A DNA stretch of 64,000 bases from Hydrolagus colliei (lineage: Eukaryota), in contig CM068756.1 in the NCBI GenBank assembly GCA_035084275.1, positions 11,470,001-11,534,000 on the forward strand, written 5' to 3'. The translations under genes were made by a program, and so were the position numbers. The notes beneath the pieces are model-generated. The model was not told where the DNA came from, did no database searches, and saw nothing but the letters and a program-made list of their open reading frames with translations. Of this stretch, positions 11,284 to 25,600 are shown piece after piece. Position 1 is the stretch's first letter. Every line of letters starts with the position of its first letter.

Positions 11284-12245
11284 CTAAAGAACAAAATGAG
11301 AGAAGAACAGGTCTCCTGAGAAGCAGTAAAGATACCAAACACCATTTTAAGAGAACTAAACTATATTTTAAAAATTTATTATTAAAAAAACATAAAAACA
11401 TGTGTCCGAGAGAAACTGGCAAACCTAAGTCAAAGACTAGACTGATTGCTCATATGAACTATCTTCTAAAATGTAAAATGATCAGTACCTCCAAAGCTGC
11501 ATTAATGCACCCACCCATAAGTTCAATTCATCAATAATAATTACTGCATTATACTTTTCACATTTTCTAGACGTCTCAAAACAATTCACAGAATATACTG
11601 TAAAGTGAATTGACTGTATTTATGGGCAAAACAAGGCAGCCAATTGTGCACAGCAGTGTCCCACAAAGAGTCAGGGATTGAAGTGACTAATTTTTTTTTG
11701 CAAATGTTGTAAAATATAAACAATTATTTCACAAAACATTTTCTAAGTGTGATTTTGCTAAGCGAATGCCTGTGCAGAGAAGAGCAAAACAAGATAAAAG
11801 GTCAGAGAGGGCTCAAGTTGTTTTCAGGATAAAAAAGGATGGCCTTGATCTAGGTAATCTGAGATGTTGGCAAGACTGTTTGAACGTGACAATGGAATTA
11901 GGACGATAGATTTAAAACTAAAAATTCTGAAGCAATGAATTAGCTGGATTAGAGAATTATTAGTACGACAAACTTATGCACATTTCGAACAGATTTCATT
12001 TGACTCCAGTCAATGGGAGCAGAAATTAATGCAGAGTGAAATGAAAACACATTTCACGGACCAAAACTATGTGGAAAATAGATGAATAACGAAAATAGAT
12101 GAATTATTTGGTGTTTTTGCTCATTTTGAAACTGGAGAGAAGTACATTTTAGCGTAGGTTTTGCACGGAAGAAACAGCCTTGATAACTTTCCATTCCATC
12201 CTTTCTTAAATTCTGATGTTATAGGAATGGATATCCAATGCTTAC

Positions 12246-12335
12246 CTTGAAGAAAGTGTTGCCAAGGCTGGCCAGCAGGGCATCTGATTTAGGTTTGTTC
12301 TTACTGTACAATGCATACATGCCAAATTGGTCTTG
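12246..12335 (-). CDS. PLEKHG4: PLEKHG4 DH exon (QDQFGMYALYSKNKPKSDALLASLGNTFFK)
   Basis: 90 nt, canonical sites; not present in the ORF track. Confidence 0.94.
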
Positions 12336-14809
12336 CTGAAAACATAATGCAATATTATATTACAGCATGTGTCATATTATTTTTTGTTGCAATTTTCTAA
12401 CAACAACAATTGTATTTTTATAGCACCATTCACGTTGTTGGGATGATATCTCAAGGCACTGGACAATTAAGGGTTTACATTCGAGCAGAGGGTTGGAATC
12501 AAAGTGTGTGTAGAACAAGGTGGGTGGGGCGTAGGAGGATGACCTAAAACTAAAAGTACGAGTTTGAAGCAACAACTCCCTACTAAGCAACTTTCACACT
12601 TTATAATAAATGAAAATTAAATGGGAAAGATATTAACCATATTTTACTAACTATTGATTAGATTTATATTCATTATATTTCACTCTGACCTTTCAGAACT
12701 ACAGGGCATGGAGGGAATAATTCATGGTCATGTTTCAGTGGGAATTAGAGAAAACAAACATCTGAATCCTAAAGGATACCTCTCAAACAAAGAAGAAAGA
12801 TCTCTACCCTTTTTATGCTTTGAATAAGGGCATCCTACACACAATGCTGGTTTACAATAACTCAAGGGACTAAACAAACGGAAAGAAGATCACAAAGACC
12901 ATTTTGCTTTAAGAGCTTGTAACATCGTGACTTTGGGGCTGCCTGTTTCCTTGCCCCTCAAATGGAGATCCTCTCCATGAATGAGTCCAAGTGGCTAAAT
13001 GGGTTTCGCAAGACACAAGGATACAAACAGGTTATGCTTCCCAGATGGGCGTTTCCTACACTGATCAATAATTTATTCTAATGCCTATTGCTAGGCTAGG
13101 AGGATGGGCAGATGATCTGCACTTTTGTGTTTGCTTGGAGAACAATTTATCCTCTGGTTTTCTCTCCCTCTTAGGAGTTAAGTGTCTTGGCTCCCCATGA
13201 CAACATGGTTCAATTATTCCAACATACAGCAGAATCCACTATTTATAACAAAGGTGGATTTCACACAGACAGGTCTCATTTAGAATTACTACACTGAAAA
13301 ACAGCAGCATAATCACCAATTACAGAACAACATGGGTTAATGCAGATTGTATATGGAGGCTACAAAATGAAAACCAACAGTGGGTTTGGTAATCCAGTGT
13401 TTCGCTTCACTGTGCATTCTTTGTAAGTATTAGTCAGATGACATTCCTAGACTGTAAATCCCGGTGAACTGGAGCCACTCCAGTATGAATTTCTCTTTTG
13501 TAACTTGCTTCAGTGGAGCCGAGATAAGTTTGATAAATTCAATGCAAGGAATTAGCACAGTTTGAAAAATTGGCATGCTGCTACTATGGCATACATGCTT
13601 GCTAGCTGAAAGGGACCTGTAACAATTCTAGTGTGTTTTAACACTGGAGTACAGCTTTGCCCAAGCATATCAGAGGTTTAGTCAACCTGATATTTTGAGT
13701 TATGCTGCAGATGACTGCTACAACTTGTTTTTTTACAGCCAGAAATTCTCTTCATAGGCAGTCCTCTATAATTAACCTGATTAATCTTAAATTCCGAGGC
13801 ACAGATTGTAATTCAGCCATGTTAATTTGTGGACAATGAATTCCTCCGAGTGTAGATGTTGAATCTGCACTGTTGAATATGAGTCAGAATGAGCCTGTGG
13901 AGCTGACAAAGGCCAGGCAGGGGTTGGGCCTGGGAAAGTCTAATGAGCTCCTTCCGTCTCTTGCAGACGGCCACACAGCTGTGCCTGTCGAATGCTCGGC
14001 ACAGTGTGCCAAGTACCCTAGAGTGAAACAAGAATACAAAACAGAGCTGAATTGCAGTGCCTGTGTTTCAGTGCATATTGGTTGCCACCATTTTTGTAAA
14101 GACTATGGCAGCCTATAAGATCCCTAAATTGCAGTATTGGTGCATGTATTAGATTAATGGTACATTAATCTACAACTCTGACAGAATGTTATAAAACTTT
14201 TAAGACCTAAAAGTTGTACTTTTTAACACGACGAAAGAACAAGTTTGAAGTGAGCCAAAACATCTCCATAATTGAGACATTAGGTAAACATTTAAAAATA
14301 TAATAGTCTATGTCAGAAGGAGTCACTCACCCAAGGTCAAGTGCTCTCTGCTGAACACGTTGATTGCTCTTCTCAGTACCGCTCAACATGAGTTCTCAGA
14401 GTTGAAAGTTGAATAATTATCATCTATTGGTCTTATGGGACTACACTGGGCTATTATCATTAAGCTTTTGCCAAAGCACAAGCTTGTAAGTTAAGTGCAT
14501 TTGGGCAATAGAAAGCTATTAATTGTTTATCTCTTTAGTCTACATTTTGATCCTAGATCCCTCATTTTAATTCACCAACCTGGTTTTCAACTATGCTGCC
14601 ATAGAGTCCAAACAAGTGCCAAACAGAACTGAGCTCAATAGCTTCATTATCATCTGCCAAAAGTTGAGGAAGATAAGTCAAAAGTGCTTCTCAGCTCTGC
14701 TTGCTCCATCAAAAATCTCCTAAAAAGCATCATACACCATCACGGTTTTCCATCAACCAAACTAAATCTGGTTCTTGCTTTCAACAGTTTAAACTAAATG
14801 TTTTCTTAC

Positions 14810-15059
14810 ATGTCTCAAAAAGCAGTGGCTGACACGGAGTGGATGGTTAACACAGCTCTCCAGCTCTTTCAGGAAGTACTGGCTGTGGAAGTTGTACAGT
14901 TTCTCCAGGTTTCCAAAGATAACACTGCGCTTCCCTCGCAGATCCTGAGGAAGGTCGAAGCGTTCCATCTCTGGGAAGTAGTTGTCAATGATATACCTGA
15001 GAGATTTCACATATTCACGTTCTGTTGTAACCATCTCATCGATAATGTGCCTCAGTTTG
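14810..15059 (-). CDS. PLEKHG4: PLEKHG4 DH domain start (KLRHIIDEMVTTEREYVKSL...IFGNLEKL...CFLRH)
   Basis: 250 nt, phase 2-0; DH CR1 motif. Confidence 0.96.
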
Positions 15060-17165
15060 CTGCAATGAGAAACATATTTCAGTGTTTTAAAGTATATTTC
15101 TCAAAATGTAGGCGTAAAAGGTTTAAAAAAATTATACCACTAACAGCATACAGAAATATACAAACAAGCAAGTCGTTGTTTTTTTTACCACTGAATTCTT
15201 GAGAACATTCTGATCATGTGAAAGAGATAATATTTGAATGGCTTCCATATGGTTGGAAATTTGCAGTTTTACTTGGCAACACTGTAATATTGAGTTATTT
15301 TACTACAATGTACAGTACTTCAACAAACACACTTTCAATTCATTTAGGTAATTTAATAGATATTTTAGAGCAATATTAAACCTTCCTTGGTTGTGATATG
15401 TTCTTTTACATGTCCTAATTTTTGGATGATTTGTATATGTGGTAAGGCTGTTGAATATTTGGGGATTTTAGACTCCTACGACTGTATCAAATTGTCACCA
15501 GGGATTTAAAGCACTTCCAAAAAGCTAATTAATAGTCCCCCAGAGTCCTTGAACATCTGCTTAATTTGCTGAACTGTGTATGATACTGTTTGATATACAG
15601 TATCTCTACATAAGTTGCATCTCTCATTTCATACATTTATTTAATACGAATTTCTTCTCACCACTCAGCCTATGTTTTCATAAGAAAAACATATGAGAAC
15701 CAATAGCATCCTTTTTGTTACCGAAACAATAAAGTGCCCTTCAGTGTCCGAGGCTGACAGTTGTATGAAACAACTGTTTAGATTGTGGAGGAAACTTAAC
15801 AGAAATGGGTGCAACAGTCAAATGTTTGTGGTACCAAATTTTCCCTGATTACTGGACAAGGATCCTATGGGCCAGCAGTACAAAGTAGGCAACTAATTGC
15901 TTACCCTACCTGCACCCAGTAATGGCAACACTGCCAGAGGCAGTGATATGAAACACCATTTGTCATGTTGTCTCAAGGTGTTGGGGAGTGAAAAGGTACC
16001 TCTCAAAAAGGTACTTTGTGTTTTTGAAAACAACCGTGCCACTTCATTTATGCCATTGATCTGCAATCACTCTATCATTATAATGTACTTTAGAAACCAG
16101 AATGCTGTAAGATAATATGGTGCATGTGCTGAAAAATAATTGCCAAAGTCCATGACATCGAACATAACAACAATTCCCAGGCCAGCACAACCGGATATTT
16201 TGCAAGCAACCAGAAAATACAGCTGCCTGCATTTCTGACTCCAGTGGATACACACCAACACTGCAAAATAATTCATATCTGTAACTTCAGCAGTAATGAT
16301 ACAACTTTAATACAGTCAGTGTCCTGTCTGAGTTGACTTTGGCCTGCTACTCTGCCTTTCTTGTCGCACAGCTTTCTTTAAGCACCACAATAAGAGTAAT
16401 TAAGTTCAGTCACTTAAGCCTGGGAAGAAGATGACATCACGTTGCTGCCATTTACTGGCGCCAGACTTAAAACATGGTAGTGAATAAGCACCCAAAGATT
16501 TCCTGAGAACAATTCAATTAGGTTTTATTTTCCCAAATCATATGCCTCAAATCATGCTCAAAGCCCTCCCACAGGTTCTGTGCTCAGCCTCTTCATTATT
16601 CACTACTTTGGTTTGTTGTTACAATGAATCTGACAGGGAGGCATTGACTGGGCTTCTAAACATTCACTTACCACTGGGAAGTTAGCCAGTGAGCCAGTTT
16701 TATACCAAGGGAAAAAATATATCAAACGAAAGTGAGCACAAAAAAGTTGGGGAATTTGTATAATGTGTTCTTTGCCTGTTCCTTTTATGAAACACATACT
16801 GTTATTCTATTATTTGGATACAAAATATATACATCTTTTATATATCACTTTTTTTGTATTGCATTAAGTTATTGGATCTGAAGGTTAACTAAAAGCCATA
16901 AGATGCTCATACAATAATCAATAAAAATGCAGGCACTCTATTCATGCATTGCTTTTGCACACGATAAAAGATCTAGTTTCCGACTTGATTTTTTCTCTTT
17001 CACTAATTTCCTACATGAATTTGTGCAATATTGACCCTCCTTTGAAGAGTCAGAATTATTGAAATGAACAATTCTTCTCAGATAGAATGATGCAGAGAAT
17101 ACTTAAAAATGGCAAACTATAATGGAATTTTCATCTCAACAGGCAAAACCCTGAGAGTAATAGTA

Positions 17166-17500
17166 GGGGAGCTCCTGTGGCTTAGTGGTTAGAGCACTTG
17201 TTTTACAAGCTGGGGAGACCAAGCTGGGGAGACCTGTGTACGAATCCAGGCAGGTCAGGGCGAAACCTTGGGCAAGTTTCCTTACTCCACACGCCTGATA
17301 ATAATCCGTCCAAAAAAACCACAATAATAACATTGGTCATTCACTCCATGACTGTGTGTGGGACACTGCTGTGCGCAATTGGCTGCCGCGATTCGCCCAC
17401 AAATATACAGTCAATTCACTTTACAGTACATTCTGTGAAGCGCTTTGGGACGTCGATAAGATGTGAAAAGCGCTATCAAATGCAAGGATTATTATTATTA
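17166..17500 (+). mobile_element. Full-length tRNA-derived Deu-domain SINE (like chimaera SINE2-1_CM / SacSINE1)
   Basis: A-box tggcttagtggttagagc, B-box-like gtacgaatcc, Deu core ctgctgtgcgcaattggctgcc, L2-like 3' end and (ATT)n tail. Confidence 0.88.
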
Positions 17501-17589
17501 AGTAATTTTTGATACAATGGAGTTAACATCAAATGTCTCAATAAGCATTAACATGCACTGAAAACTGCTGTCCAGTGTAGTGACTGTAT

Positions 17590-17652
17590 TCCAGCACCTT
17601 GGGACGTCCTTCCGACGCGAAAGGCGCTAAACAAATGTAATGTTGTTGTTGT
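17590..17652 (+). mobile_element. L2 3' tip (stem-loop plus TTG tail)
   Basis: cagcaccttgggacgtccttccgacgcgaaaggcgct...gttgttgttgtt. Similar tips lie at 23529-23587 (+) and at 12400-12470, 31129-31190, 41770-41830, 49212-49275 and 61128-61195 (all -). Confidence 0.85.
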
Positions 17653-17841
17653 TCTTGGCTAATCTGGTAGCCAATATGTACAGTGAGTTCCCACAGAGAC
17701 ATGAAGTGAAAGACAAATCTACCTTGAAGATTATTGGACAGGACACATTCAAAAATTAAAATAAAATCTTGAAATAACCAACTAGAAGACATAATAAACT
17801 ACACAGCTGAAAATGACACTCTGAATCAAATTAATACCCAC

Positions 17842-18839
17842 CTGCCCTTTGCTTTGGTCTCTGATGAGGGAGTATAACTTCTGTGACCATCTGTCTGGTT
17901 TCCAGTCCAACTAAACAACGCTTGCTGCCTGGACATACAAGTTCTTTCGTTAAGTTCAGTACTGCTTACTTCTAGTCCCTTAATGAACACGCCAGTGTTT
18001 CCACGCCTTGCAGGTTCACTAAAAGTTCTTTGACATGATGTGTACTTAAAAGTGTCATTGGGGGAAAGATCAAAGCTCTGAGCCTTCCTTAATACCCTTT
18101 TTAAATATTGATTCCGGGAATCCGGTGCAGAGAAACACCGAGATTGTATCTGAAGAGGGTTAACTGCACCATTGTAGTTGGGTTCTTCGTTGGATATATT
18201 GTGCATCAGTCCGTGAGCATCTGGGGTTGATGTGTGAATAGAAGCACCAGCTCGCCCTGCTATCATCTGATCGGAGCCCTGAAAACTGGGGGTAGAGCTT
18301 CTGCTATTCATAGTTTCAGGTACAAAATCATCCTCATTGTTCACGATTCCATAACAACCTGGAGCCTGTGGTGAGTGTTTGTCTTTCTGCCACGCACCAC
18401 AATGTGACAACCTGCTGCTGAGAGAATACATACTGCTGTTTAAGCTAGCATTACTCCTTTCACACTGTAACCTTTGTTCAGTACCATCTGAATGTCTCCT
18501 ATGGACATTCTCGCTCTTTGTGTTATCTAAATCAGAGAGCCTACGGTCTGATGGTAGAGACTTTCTTGTCCTTAGTGCAGTCTCTAACTTCTTCTCAAAG
18601 ATGAGCTTAGTCTCTTGACATTTGGACCAAGCAAACTTCCACTGCTTTATCCCCTTCTCACTCTTTAAATCACATGCCAATTCCTTCATTTCCTGAAACT
18701 TCGCCTCTGGAATCTCTGGATGTTGATGATGATGATTTTCCAGATATCTCACAACTGGCCCACAGCGCTCCGGAGAATTGCAGTCTTCCATGCTGATACA
18801 AGCAAGGTGTCTCATCCCTTCGAGGGCCCACTCATAAGC
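17842..18839 (-). CDS. PLEKHG4: PLEKHG4 large 998-nt exon (AYEWALEG...GNTGVFIKGLEVSSTE...TKAKG)
   Basis: Long ORF; ttgcag| ... AG|gtgggt; phase 0-2. Confidence 0.93.
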
Positions 18840-18907
18840 CTGCAATAAAGACAAGTCAGATTAGCAACCAAATAGTTAAAGAGAAATTACTGACACTACA
18901 AAACATA

Positions 18908-19190
18908 TTCGCCTTACAAGCGAGAGACCTGCGTTCAATTCCAGGCAAAGTGAAACCTTGGGCAAGTTTTCTTACTCCTCACTCCTAATAATAATCCCTC
19001 AAAAACCCCCAATAATAAATTGTTAATTTCAATCCATGATTGTGGGACACTGCTGTGCGCAATTGGCTGCTGCGTTTCGCTCACATATATACAGCAATTC
19101 ACTTCACAGTATATTCTGTGAAGCGCTTTGAGATGTCTTGAAGATGTGAAAAGTGCTATATCAAATGCAAGGATTATTATTATTATTATA
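18908..19190 (+). mobile_element. SINE, same family, slightly 5'-truncated
   Basis: gcgagagacctgcgttcaattccaggc ... caaatgcaaggattattattatt. Confidence 0.88.
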
Positions 19191-19526
19191 TTTCAGTACA
19201 AGCATATTTTATTTGAAAGCATGGAACAGTACTTACTATAAGCAAAACAAATTACTCACTACATACAGTTAGTGATAAACAAGAGTAAATATTTTCTACT
19301 GCTGGCAACATAACTTTCTATTTTTAAAACCAATTGTTTATTTGATAACTATCGTGATTTATGGTCTAAACGTTTGTTGTGTAATTGTATTAGAGATCAA
19401 AGAACAAGAGATCGTATCAGTTGTATTCAGGTGCTTTCTGCAAAGGTTACAACCTAACATTTAAGACATGTTGAAGCAAGGATGTTTTCTTTACAGCTGT
19501 TAATAGTCATTTTTGCTGTTAATACT

Positions 19527-19628
19527 CATTCTCGCTCTTTGTGTTATCTAAATCAGAGAGCCTACGGTCTGATGGTAGAAACGTTCTTGTCTTTAGTGCA
19601 GTCTCTAACTTCTTCTCAAAGATGAGCT
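19527..19628 (-). repeat. Intronic duplicate of PLEKHG4 coding sequence 18506-18607
   Basis: 102 bp, same orientation, 3 mismatches by manual alignment. Confidence 0.92.
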
Positions 19629-22600
19629 CGTTTCAAGTACAGCATATCCTGTAATTATCCAGCCTGCTTGTAAGGTAATGAGAAAATCTTTTGGATTTAC
19701 CCAACATTCTACCAACAGCAAACAGGTTTGTTTTTTCAGGCCAAGGTGACAATGCTTTCTTTTTCTCCAGCAAACAATTCTCAGGACCTCTGTTCCCTGG
19801 GACTCAAACATGACCTCTCCTCTAAAGGGCATGTGTGAAACAACTGTTACATACCAACTATTTGACGCGGGCTGCACTGAGTTACTGAAGTAACTCAATA
19901 GGCTACAAGTGAAATGCTATTCACCATGGTAAGATTGAACAGTATAATAGTTCGGGATAACTATGCTTAACAAAAGGGCTTTCTATCAAATACAATATAA
20001 CAGTGATGGCAGAGATGTGGCAATGAATCTGTACATATTAATATTTAAATATAGCCTATACCTTATTACAAATAACACTGGATACATTTCTCGCCATTCT
20101 AAAGGAATATCACTCTTACAGAGTTAAATAGTATCATGAGGCACAAAATTCCACAATTTATTCCATACAAACCTCCTCCATCCCTCCTTTACTTCTCACT
20201 TAAACCCTTCTAATCGTGATTTTCAATTCCTTTATGAAGCAAGCTCTATTATTCTGCACCTACTTTATTTTCATAAATAAATCCAATTTGAAACCTTGCA
20301 CTTAACTCTTCTTGCTTCCAGCTCTTACTGGGCACTTGGGAAGCAAATAGAATTAAAACAAATATTTTCAGGAGCTGAAAAGTGCCCTGCCACTTTTGTC
20401 GAATACCCAGACTCAATAGTTGGTATGATCACATCCAAAGATCCTTAGTAGCTGCCAAGTGAAAACATATCCAAACTGGTAACGGAGTGCACTCCTCATG
20501 GCAACAGTGTTGAAATGAAGAGCTTTGCACATCTGGGATTGCAGCCATAAACCCATGTCCCAGCAATTAGTCGTATAGCCACCACTTGTTGGGCCTTCCA
20601 AGAATGCACTGATTCACACTTTCTGAAATATGTTATTTACAGCAGAATAGAATCCCGATTGGTAGCTAGTGCTAATGACATCCGCTCCACTGTTTATGCT
20701 CATTATGCTGATTATTACGGTTCCTTTTGTACTTTCTAAAGTTATAGAAGAGTTTATATTAACTCATTGTACAACTTCTACTCCAACATATTCTTTCCTG
20801 GACATCTCACAATTGTGGAACTCATTAACTTTACCTTTGTTCTTTAAAATTTTGACTAATTGCTTTGTTTCAATTATTTCATATTTTTCTTCTAGTCTTT
20901 TGAACCTCTGGGCATTAGCCTTCCCTTAGGATTATTATATCAATACTGTTCATGTTTTTTGTTTTAAATCTTCACAGAATATTCCTAAACTTAAATAGGT
21001 AAAGATTGTGACTTAAAAGCTTTTTTTTAAAAAAAATTCAAACAGCTCTGAATAATTATAGCACCAACGCTAACACCCAAGCAACTAAATCCCACTGTAT
21101 ATTCCTCCACAACCCAATCATAAATTTCCTTATTTGTTGTATGCCATCCTCACTCTTGGAATGTCATGTATATCCCACTATACATATGCAAGATTGGTGG
21201 AATCACAATTCTTAAGAATGCTACATTCACAACAAAATCATTTTTTTTTGCAGAAAGTGGCAAAGCCCAAGCCATTAACACGTATCCTCTGACTTTTCAA
21301 AATGATCATTTGACAAAAAATTAAGAGCAAGATTAAGACTATAGACTTCAATAAAGATGGAATGACTATAAAAGATAAATACGTCACAAAAGCCTTTTGC
21401 AGAGTGCAGTTTACGTAATGTGTTGCGCATGAATGAATGAATGAAAAGAATAACTGAATAACATTAAAATACTGAATACACTATGACCTATAATTTAACT
21501 ACTGTTAGGCCAAGAAAACATTAAATTAGTGAAAATGTTGATTTCGCTCAGATAGGACTAAAACCCAAATTTTGATGGTTGGCTGTGAAATCAAAATGAA
21601 AGACAACATGGAATTGGATCTCTACAGCTATCACAGAAAACATTGTTTCGGGTTGGTGAAAATGTTGTTTTTTAAAAGTTTGTTGCTGGTTGAAACAAAC
21701 ACACCTATCAGAATCACCAACCGAATCACTGAAAATTAACATGAAGTTGGTCAGCCTTTGATAATCATTATTACCATTTCACAACACAAGCAAATTAAAC
21801 TAAACAAGTATCTTTTCTTCCAGAGCAAATTCATACATGCTAAAAGTTTGTATATTCATTGGACAAAAGGAAATCTATGATGTTAATTCTGTGTATAAAA
21901 TTACGATGTGAAGACTGGAAAAAGCAAATCAATGTTTTAATCAAACAAGATGCTAAGGTAGCATAGCATATTAGCTTATAGCCCCCAAATAATAATATTG
22001 AAGTAAGGGGATTTACAACTATATAAAGCACATTTTGAAACATGCTTTGAGCTGATTTTGAATTTGGAAGTACAGTATTTAAAAACAGCATACATTTTCA
22101 TTCATGGATACTAACTTTAAATACAAGAAACATTGACATATATCATGCTACCACCAGCTACTCAAGTTGTAGGCAATGAAGACAATCATAACAATTAAAA
22201 TGAGCTTTGGGAAAAAAGACTAGATTTTTCAAAGCTGTGACAGATGCACGCCTTCCCCTCCAGGCATATGTTGCAGTTTTCTTTCATGAGCTGTAAAGAA
22301 ATTGATTATACCCTAATAATCATATTAGAAATTCAAAGGAAATGAACGCCTGTGACTTCAGCAGATGTCCACAGGCAAATCAAATTCCGCTGTAAAAGAC
22401 AGAATTGAAAATGAACACATTTTCAAAGTTAAGAAACTGAATGTAATCAAAAAGTTGCCCAAATTAGAACACTGTCACCACTTAAGGCTGATCGGATCGT
22501 TTATCATATTCTTACTAGTACGTTCTACTAATCGAATAATTAAACAGATGTATTTAGCTTTATTTTTGTTGACTAAATGATTGATTCTTCACATATGAAC

Positions 22601-25600
22601 TTGCCTTTGTCTCATTTTTGGTTAAAAACATGTTTTGCTAATCCATTCTGCTCAATTATCACTTATGTCAGATCATCGTTAAGGGGGTTCACATTTGTTC
22701 AACGACTGGGTCTAACACAAATAAATACATTTCCCATGCAACTTCAAAGCTTTCAGGAAAGTCAATATAATTCACAACCTACAAAATGATTCAGACTGAT
22801 AGATCTTAAATGTGCTCATCAATTTTTGAAAAGGGGAATGAATGCAAAGTTTACACTTTGCAAGTTTACACCATACATCTCTCAATATTCTATCTATACA
22901 TTCAGAAGTTACAAGCCTCTCACAGTTCTCTAAAATGCAAGTCAATACTTTCAAAAGCAAAATGTTTCAATAAATACATGTAGTATTTTTTGCATTGTGA
23001 CCTGCCATCTACAGGTTTAGTTATATCAGCTGCTGTATCATTTGCCAATACAGATTGATTCCTTATTCCTCACAAAATCGGATTTATAGTATTACAATTT
23101 AGTTTTATAGTCTGATCGATTTTTTTTGTTCCTACTACAATAAAGTTCAACATCAAATCATATTTCATAACAGTTTATCGCATGTGGTTCTATCACCTGT
23201 ACAATGAATCATTATTTGAGCAATGATATTATAATTAATAAAGCTTGATTACTTACAAGGGTCAAAGGTACACTAGCACGGTGTGAAAGGATCTAACTTT
23301 TACAAATGATCCACAAATTACTAACACAACAGGAAACATTGCACCGCCATCTTCATTATATTCGATGAATTGCTGAGTACATTTAAAATCAATTAGCATA
23401 AAACAGTTTGTAGGTACTGAATTTCATTAACGTCCATGAAAGATATCTAATACAGTTTGGAGAATACATTAATGAAACTCATATTCACATAACATCAAGG
23501 GGTAAGCTTGTTTAATTCATCTATTATCCAGCGCCTTGGGACGTCCTCTCTGAAAAGCGCTATACAAATGTAATTTTGTTATTGTTATAATGCAATTTTC
23601 TATTTTTCTAAATTCAGTCATTAATACTGGCACCTTAGTTAAAAAGACATCCACATGAGATGACCAATTAATTTTCTGTTCATAAAATATTTAAATACCA
23701 AGTTTCTTGGATATCAATGCAAGCCAATGAACCCAATAGAAAACGGAAACAAATACAATTAAGAATTGTAAGGTAATTGTAAGAAAAGTAATCTCTAAAT
23801 GTTTTTTAATTCTAAACTTTAAGAGAAATGTGAGTTACAACATACATATTCAATTAATTTTCAGCCCCTGAAGGTTTAAATTAATATTGTACCAAAATGA
23901 TCTAGAAAAATCAAGTTTGCAATTTACAAATTAGAGGATGCTGGGGATATAGCATGTGAGTACATTGACAGGCTGTGCCTCTGAATAGTACAACCTTAAT
24001 TCCCCTCTAAATTGTCTACGCAGCAAGTTCCATGCATGTGAAAGAACCCCAATCACTTTTTCACAGCTTCAAGAACCTAATCAACAGCATAAGCAGAAAC
24101 CTGAGAAGTCATCGCTGCCTCAGGGGTTTAGAAATCTAACAACGTGAAAAAAAAACTTACAAAAATGGGAAAATATCCTGAGGTGTGATCATTTAATAGT
24201 ACAGTATATGAATCGCTGACTCTTTGTGAGCAACACTCCTTGAATTATTTTAATATAATCCATTTAATCTGTATCACTATGGTAGCAAAACATAATAGGG
24301 ATAAATGAGAAACCTCCCCCTCCTTCATACAATAAATCAAGGAATACTTAAGTTCTATGTATCATCATTTTTTGTGTAGGCTTAAAATAATGATGAATTA
24401 ATTGTTCAGCTACACAGACAATCTATATGAAATAATGGACAGAGGCACATATAGACTGTTTTGAAAAGCCTAGTGACCCAACAGTGCTCTACATCCATGG
24501 TTCATATGTCCAATATGATTCGTAACACTTTAATAATGGATTTAGGTACGACAAAGAAAATAAAGGAGACTTTTTTCCCTCTATAACTCTGTCTTGATCC
24601 TAGGCATACCAGTACTTATCAAAAATAAAAATGTCACTGAAATCTTTGAATGATTTTGTAACAAAGCTTTCAGCTCCTAGACTGTACACATACGTAACAT
24701 TGTTAAATCGATCTAGTCTGACACTGAGCTGGGACACATCTATGGGGAGTGTAAATACTGGCACTTAACAGGATCAGGCACACACCTTGGGCTCAATCTG
24801 AGTATTTTATGGACGCATATGGTTTTGAGAATGACAATTCCACTTAGTTTGTCTTCACATATCACAACATTGCTGCAAAATGCAGTTTATTTCAGCTGAG
24901 CACACAGAATAGTCACATAGACAATAGACAAATAGCCCTCAATGTCAGGAATTGCTCAACCTTGTGAAACCATGAGAAGTGACAGATGTAGCAACAGTTT
25001 CTAAAGTATACAGTGACTGAAATTGACAAAATGCTAAAATAAACCACACATAAACAAACAACTGAGTTTTTGTTTTTGAAACAACAACAATTGTCCATCT
25101 CTAAACCAACTATCAGACCTATTTGTATTTTCTAGCATTATGCTCTACTTCTAATTTAGTGTTGGATTCTTGCTCTCTCATTTCTCAAATGACCAACTGC
25201 TGAGATGCTCAACTAGGCTAAGCAGGGGCCCCGCCGACAGCTATTCATTCACAGCACAATACACTGCAGTCTGAATCCAAGGTCTGTTTGAGGTTCTTAG
25301 CGCTGAAAAGCAGCAGACAAACACAGTATCTACTCCCCATTGTTAACAATGCAGCAATCTGGCACACATAAAGGAGCTCATTGCCAAACGTGTTAAAAAA
25401 CACAATTTTTTATCTTTGAGCTCAAGTTTCAAAATACATGGGTACATGTTGCAGTTGACATGCATATCTATATAATGTATTTTTATACACATACAGAAAC
25501 AGCCTACATTAATTACAGACCTAATGCTGATATTTTATATTTATGAACTATTTCCCAAAAATTCAAAAGTAGTTGCTGATGTTTGTAAGTTGCACTTCAA

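Noticed and set aside
12074-12105. Short tandem duplications (also near 27027 and 46477)
   Set aside because: Ordinary slippage duplications in introns with no further structure.
13860-14080. GC-richer intronic block with an 81-aa ORF; possible exon or conserved element
   Set aside because: No recognisable protein, the DH exons on either side join without it, and conservation cannot be assessed here.
14798-15202. 134-aa + strand ORF (also 6936..7142, 9761..10051 and 18379..18618)
   Set aside because: Antisense shadows of PLEKHG4 exons.
17166-17260. tRNA gene
   Set aside because: It is a SINE head with a 14-bp tandem duplication (aagctggggagacc twice), followed by the SINE body.
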